Below are positions 59,538 through 64,000 of a stretch of DNA of 64,000 nucleotides, piece by piece. Under the pieces are notes generated by a model. That model searched no databases and was not told where the DNA came from. It worked only from the letters and a program-made list of their open reading frames with translations. Source of the stretch: Spirochaetales bacterium (GTDB taxonomy: Bacteria; Spirochaetota; Spirochaetia; SZUA-6; DRHE01); the NCBI GenBank assembly GCA_030615505.1, contig JAUWZD010000009.1, forward strand, positions 1,563-65,562, given 5' to 3'. A program made the position numbers and the translations under genes. Every line of letters starts with the position of its first letter. Position 1 is the stretch's first letter.

Positions 59538-60436
59538 TCTTTTACCTCCCTCCCGGCTCCGGATCTATTCCAGGCCGTTGTAAGGGTATCCTGGATCAAC
59601 ACCGAGGCTGCCTGTGTTTTATACACGGCTGTGGAGCGTGCATTCCGCGGAGAAATATCCTGGCTCACCATTTCCGCTGCCTCAGCGAGTAAGCTTGCAG
59701 TAAGCTTTTTTCCGGCAAGTGCTTTTTCCACATTAAAAGCCCGAACCGGCTTAGGCGCCACGGCGCCCAAGGAAATCCGCACATTCTTGCATATGTCTCC
59801 TTCACCTTTCACATACACGGCACAGTTTATCTTGGCTATATCAAGCTTAACACGTCCGATCTTTATAAAGGCTGAACCTGAGGATGCATCAGGTTCAGGA
59901 ATCAGTATTGATGTTAATAATTCTCCCTGTTCCAGTACCGTCTTTTTAGGCCCGGTAAAGAATTCTTCAATGGGTAGAGTTCTCCGTTCGATTTCTCCTC
60001 GTCCGTTTTTTCTACTTACTTCCACTTTGGCATTCAGCACTATAAGAGGAGGCGCGGCGTCTGCCCCGGGAGAGGCGGTACAGAGATTGCCCCCTAAAGT
60101 AGCCATATTCCTTATCTGCATGCCTCCCATACTGTTCACTGCCTCACAGAGGGCAGGATATTTCTTCTTTATTCGATCATCTTCTTCAATTTTGCACAGC
60201 AATGTCGCAGGCCCAATTCTAAATCCATGCTCAAACTCTACGAAATCAAGCTCGTTTATACCAAGAATGGAAACCAATGCCTTCGGTACTATCTCCCCGG
60301 TTTTAATATCATTCAGGAGATCGGTTCCTCCTGCAAGAACCTTCACTCCCTCCGACTTCAGGTATTCCAGTGCTTCTTCTACAGTTTTAGGGCTGTAATA
60401 GTCAAAATCGCAGTCGATCACCTGTGAATTAGACAT
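59534..60436 (-). CDS. xanthine dehydrogenase family FAD subunit (CoxM-like)
   Basis: AGGTDL, QIRNMATLGGNL, ASPGAD. Confidence 0.95.
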   Translation of the reverse strand: MSNSQVIDCDFDYYSPKTVEEALEYLKSEGVKVLAGGTDLLNDIKTGEIVPKALVSILGINELDFVEFEHGFRIGPATLLCKIEEDDRIKKKYPALCEAVNSMGGMQIRNMATLGGNLCTASPGADAAPPLIVLNAKVEVSRKNGRGEIERRTLPIEEFFTGPKKTVLEQGELLTSILIPEPDASSGSAFIKIGRVKLDIAKINCAVYVKGEGDICKNVRISLGAVAPKPVRAFNVEKALAGKKLTASLLAEAAEMVSQDISPRNARSTAVYKTQAASVLIQDTLTTAWNRSGAGREVKE

Positions 60437-62780
60437 GGTCCCTTCCTTCCTTTACCGCTTTTAAAATTGTCTCCGGCAGGATCGGCAGCCTGGTGAAATA
60501 GATACCTGTCGCATTCTGAATCGCTAAGGCAATGGCTGCCGGCACGGGGTTTAAAGCGGCCTCGCCGATTCCCTTAGCGCCCATTGGACCTGTGGGCTCG
60601 TATGTGTCGGCAAAAAACACCTGGAAATCTTCCGGATCCGGGAGATCTTCGGGTCCAAGCATTTTATAATTGGTCAGCAGGCCCTTACACCGAAGATTCC
60701 CGGTTTTTTCATCGTACTGCGTATCTTCCACTAAAGCATATCCGGCGCCGCGGTAGAAACCGCCGTGAAGCTGTCCCCGTGCAAGAGTGGGATTGATAAC
60801 CACACCGGCATCGCTTCCGGCCGCAACCCTTTTTATCTCTACCCGGCCGGTCTGCATATCCACTTCAACCTCGACAAAATAGGTGGTATATGCCGGAGGG
60901 CAGTTGACCTTGCGTATGCTCCCGGCTGCAATTGCGGTGCCCCAATCCTTGTTCATGGCAGTCTGGGCCGCTTTGGCTAAGGTAATATGTTTTTCAGGCA
61001 TTCCCTCAACATAGATTATCCCCTGGCCCAGCTTAAAATCAGGCTTTGTCTTGAGCGAGCCCACCGGGGCGTCCAGAATCCTGGATGCATACTCTAAAAG
61101 CACTTTTTTTGCCTCCCGGGCTACCTCTAAAACAGCCCCGCCTCCGCAGTATACGCCTCTTGTAGCATGGGTGCAGACATCATAACCGGTTGAGCGTGTA
61201 TCCGCCGGAGATATACCTACTTTTTCAAAGGGCACTCCGAACTCCTCAGCAACAAGCTTGGCAGCCGCATCCAAGGTTCCTCCGCCGTGGTCCATCAGGG
61301 CGGTTAAAATATCGATTGAGCCGTCCTCATTGACTTTTACCTGGGCGGTGGTGAAGTCTTTGACTTCTCCCGGAACAGGAGCTCCGGTTCCAGAGGTATG
61401 GAATCCCCTGGCCATGCCTATACCCTTTCTGAACCGGCCCGTCTGGGTTTTTGGATCCGGGCGGTCTTTCCAGCCGATGAGTTCTGCGCCTCTATGGAGG
61501 AGTTCTTTCACGCCGTCTGAATGGATGAGGGAGCGTACCGTGGGTCCCTGGCCCCAGAATATTTCGCCCAACCCCACATAGTTCTTAATACGTATCTCAA
61601 TCGGATCTATACCTAGTCTTTCCGCCAGCATGTTCATAGTTGTTTCAACGCCGAAGGTTACCTGGGGCGCTCCGTACCCCTGCATGGCGCAGGTCGGCAC
61701 TTTATTGGTATATACTGCCACGCCCTCATATTTAAGATTGGGCATCCGGTAGAGGGAATGCCACCAGCCGGCCAGTACGCCTAAATAGGATAAGGCCTGA
61801 ATATGATGGGAACCGATATCCACAGAGGCCTTCATCTCTCCGGCAACCAAAGTTCCATCCTTTTTTGCCCCGATCTTGAGTGTGTAGCGTGAGGGATAGC
61901 GGCAGTGATCATACATGTCTTCCTCGCGGGATTGAACAATCCTGACAGGTTTACCTGATTTTAAGGCCAGGGCCACCGTAATCAGGACTACGGGGTTTGT
62001 ATGTATCCCGGAGCCGAAATGGCCGCCCCCGGTAATCCTGACCACATTGAGCTTGTTCAGGGGAATATCAAAGATATCTCCGATCAAGATCCGGGTATTA
62101 TGCAGGGCCTGGGTTGTAGGCCAGAGGGTGATTCCCCCGTCTGGCTCGGGCCTGCACACGCAGGATCTGGGCTCGAGCTGGCAGTGATATACTCTGGGAG
62201 TGGAAAACTCATTCTCCACAATCACATCAGCCTCTTTGAATCCCTTATCCACGTCCCCTTCAGCAACCTCTCTCGTACAGGCTATGTTGCTCTTGATTGT
62301 GATTTCCCTGTCTTCCAGATATACCTTCTCATGGATCAGGTCTTTCCTGGCAGCAAGGGCTTGCTCAATTGTCATATAGGAAGGCAGCATCTCCCATTCG
62401 ACCTTTACCGCCCCGGCTGCTCTTGCTGCAAGTTCCTCGGTTTCCGCAGCTACTGCGCCGAAAGGATCGCCCACCTGCCTCATGTGATCGGTAAGCACCT
62501 GCCAGTCCTTATAAGTTGCCCGGGGTACTGAGACCTGACGCAAATTAAAGTGCTTCTGGGGTGTATTCTTAAAGCTTAAGCACACCGCCCCTAAGCTTAA
62601 AGCTTCGGAAAAATCGATGCTTTTAATCCGGGCATGTGGATAGGGGCTGCGCAGAATCCGGCCGTGAAGCATTCCTGTAAGGTAAATATCGGAAGGATAG
62701 ACTTCCCTGCCGGTCACCCGGGCAATTCCATCCTTCCTTGGAAAATCTTTCCCCAAAAAGTGATATTTCTTATTGCTCAT
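60429..62780 (-). CDS. xanthine dehydrogenase family molybdopterin subunit (CoxL-like)
   Basis: RSPYPHARI, LEPR, TQ, GGGHFG, QGYGAPQ, D.G..INP, GQ..GG, GAKGIGE. Confidence 0.95.
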   Translation of the reverse strand: MSNKKYHFLGKDFPRKDGIARVTGREVYPSDIYLTGMLHGRILRSPYPHARIKSIDFSEALSLGAVCLSFKNTPQKHFNLRQVSVPRATYKDWQVLTDHMRQVGDPFGAVAAETEELAARAAGAVKVEWEMLPSYMTIEQALAARKDLIHEKVYLEDREITIKSNIACTREVAEGDVDKGFKEADVIVENEFSTPRVYHCQLEPRSCVCRPEPDGGITLWPTTQALHNTRILIGDIFDIPLNKLNVVRITGGGHFGSGIHTNPVVLITVALALKSGKPVRIVQSREEDMYDHCRYPSRYTLKIGAKKDGTLVAGEMKASVDIGSHHIQALSYLGVLAGWWHSLYRMPNLKYEGVAVYTNKVPTCAMQGYGAPQVTFGVETTMNMLAERLGIDPIEIRIKNYVGLGEIFWGQGPTVRSLIHSDGVKELLHRGAELIGWKDRPDPKTQTGRFRKGIGMARGFHTSGTGAPVPGEVKDFTTAQVKVNEDGSIDILTALMDHGGGTLDAAAKLVAEEFGVPFEKVGISPADTRSTGYDVCTHATRGVYCGGGAVLEVAREAKKVLLEYASRILDAPVGSLKTKPDFKLGQGIIYVEGMPEKHITLAKAAQTAMNKDWGTAIAAGSIRKVNCPPAYTTYFVEVEVDMQTGRVEIKRVAAGSDAGVVINPTLARGQLHGGFYRGAGYALVEDTQYDEKTGNLRCKGLLTNYKMLGPEDLPDPEDFQVFFADTYEPTGPMGAKGIGEAALNPVPAAIALAIQNATGIYFTRLPILPETILKAVKEGRDHV

Positions 62781-62810
62781 CTTGAAACACCCTTTCTTAA
62801 CCTAAACTAT

Positions 62811-63593
62811 TTACCGTTTCTTATGATAATCCAGTATCCATTGAGGATAATCGGCTCCAAGTCTTCCTGAAACATCAATACTTGCATCAATAAACAGCTC
62901 GGCATATTCAGAAAGCTGTTTCTCGTGCAGATCAACTGATATCCCTACCATTGCCATAGAGCCGATCACCCGGTTTTGACTGTTGAAGATCGGTGTTGCC
63001 AGGGCATTGATGCCGTTATGGAACTCCTGGTAATTATAGGAGACACCCGATTTATAGATTTCATCAAGCTTCTTCTGCAGCGTAACAGGATCCGTGATTG
63101 TTCGTGCGGTATAAGATTTAAGATCATTTTCTTCAATGATCTTTTTTCTTTCCTTATCCGGAAGGAAGGCTAAGACGGCCTTTCCCGAGGCCGAGCAATG
63201 CAGAGGCATGACTTCGCCGCGTCCCACAGAGACCCTGGTATTGATATGTCCGCAGATCTCCATTGCGATACAGTATTTGCCATTGTGGAGGGCAAAGAAG
63301 GTGGTTTCTTCAGTTTCCCTGTGAAGGTCTTCCAAATAGGGCAGGCAGATCGCGGCCACATCCATTCCCTCTACTACAGATTCTGCTAAACGCAGATGCG
63401 CAAAGCCCAAAAAATAGCGGCTATCCGACTTTCGCTGATAGATATAATCATATTTTTTTAAAGAAGCCAGTATTCGGTAGCATGTGGATGGTGGGATATT
63501 CAGAGTCTCGCTGATTTTTTTGTTGGTTAACCCGGTCCTGTAGTGGATGCGCAGGATTTCTAAAATACTATGAATTTTATCAATTGAAGGCAT
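62811..63593 (-). CDS. IclR-family transcriptional regulator
   Basis: N-terminal HTH (PSTCYRILASL), PLHCSASGKAVLA, YTARTITD, ALATPIF. Confidence 0.93.
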   Translation of the reverse strand: MPSIDKIHSILEILRIHYRTGLTNKKISETLNIPPSTCYRILASLKKYDYIYQRKSDSRYFLGFAHLRLAESVVEGMDVAAICLPYLEDLHRETEETTFFALHNGKYCIAMEICGHINTRVSVGRGEVMPLHCSASGKAVLAFLPDKERKKIIEENDLKSYTARTITDPVTLQKKLDEIYKSGVSYNYQEFHNGINALATPIFNSQNRVIGSMAMVGISVDLHEKQLSEYAELFIDASIDVSGRLGADYPQWILDYHKKR

Positions 63594-63662
63594 AAAACAT
63601 TTCTATCCCGACTTTAAAATATGGGCTTTAATCCAGGCTGTCAATATCGTATAAAAGAATAG

Positions 63663-63681
63663 GATTCCATATAATGATAAA
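63663..63681. promoter_or_regulatory. candidate IclR operator in divergent promoter
   Basis: gattccatataatgataaa, 18 nt from a minus-strand TTGACA; matches 8218-8236. Confidence 0.5.
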
Positions 63682-63798
63682 GTTCCAACCGGGTTGAGGT
63701 TGACAGTTAAAATATATATATTAACGTGTATTGATTAAAGTAGGGGGGCTGGACCTCTGATTATGAACAAGAATTGCGGCCTTTAGGGGGGTTAGAAG

Positions 63799-64000
63799 AT
63801 GCAGACAATATTGAAAAGCAAAACTGTGGAAGTAAGGATAGATACTGAAGGCCCTGTTGTAATGATAGGTGAGAGGATCAACCCCACAGGACATAAAAAG
63901 CTGGCTGCGGCATTGAAAGAGGGGAACTTCGGCTATGTCCGGGAGCTGGCGGCCCGGCAGGTAGAGGCGGGCGCTCATGTGCTGGACGTGAATGTCGGCG
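63799..64000 (+). CDS. pterin-binding methyl-THF:corrinoid methyltransferase (AcsE/MetH-like), partial at window edge
   Basis: Not in the ORF track; MQTILKSKTVEVRIDTEGPVVMIGERINPTGHKKL...ARQVEAGAHVLDVNVG. Confidence 0.85.
   Translation, partial: MQTILKSKTVEVRIDTEGPVVMIGERINPTGHKKLAAALKEGNFGYVRELAARQVEAGAHVLDVNVG

Noticed and set aside
59049-62780. Calling the operon aerobic CO dehydrogenase or true xanthine dehydrogenase
   Set aside because: It lacks the AYxCSFR loop of form I CoxL and its motifs diverge; the substrate cannot be assigned.
1356-63978. Numerous short antisense or alternate-frame ORFs in the track (e.g. 24397..25110, 29646..30299, 39143..39748, 56580..57179, 59439..60398, 63721..63978)
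   Set aside because: They overlap well-supported genes and have no motifs; shadow ORFs.

Overview
Chromosomal window from an anaerobic bacterium, probably Spirochaetota (solute-binding protein leaders such as 'LFAGGAKEE'; inference). It is made up mostly of catabolic and transport operons: a MerR-led polyol/sugar operon; a class-III aminotransferase/XdhC unit divergent from an SSS transporter plus aldehyde:ferredoxin oxidoreductase (AOR); a GNAT-Liv ABC-MttB operon; a sulfatase/PHP/enolase/Tct operon; a GH88-like/IolE/Gfo/creatininase/Tct cluster; and an IclR-xanthine-dehydrogenase-family-pyrB operon divergent from a partial methyl-THF:corrinoid methyltransferase. Between the operons lie many decayed mobile elements and pseudogenes (ISAzo13, IS91-like, IS1634, RIT integrase end, toxin-antitoxin modules), plus a dead integron (truncated intI, candidate attI, mazEF cassette with a clear attC). 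Top lead: two loci 55 kb apart share a candidate IclR operator at a near-identical position relative to a -35 box and have complementary genes (XdhC in one, the Mo-hydroxylase in the other). This suggests one split regulon for anaerobic breakdown of an amine or N-heterocycle that may end in carbamoyl-aspartate. No rRNA, tRNA or CRISPR array was seen. All family calls come from motifs recognised by eye; no database searches were run.
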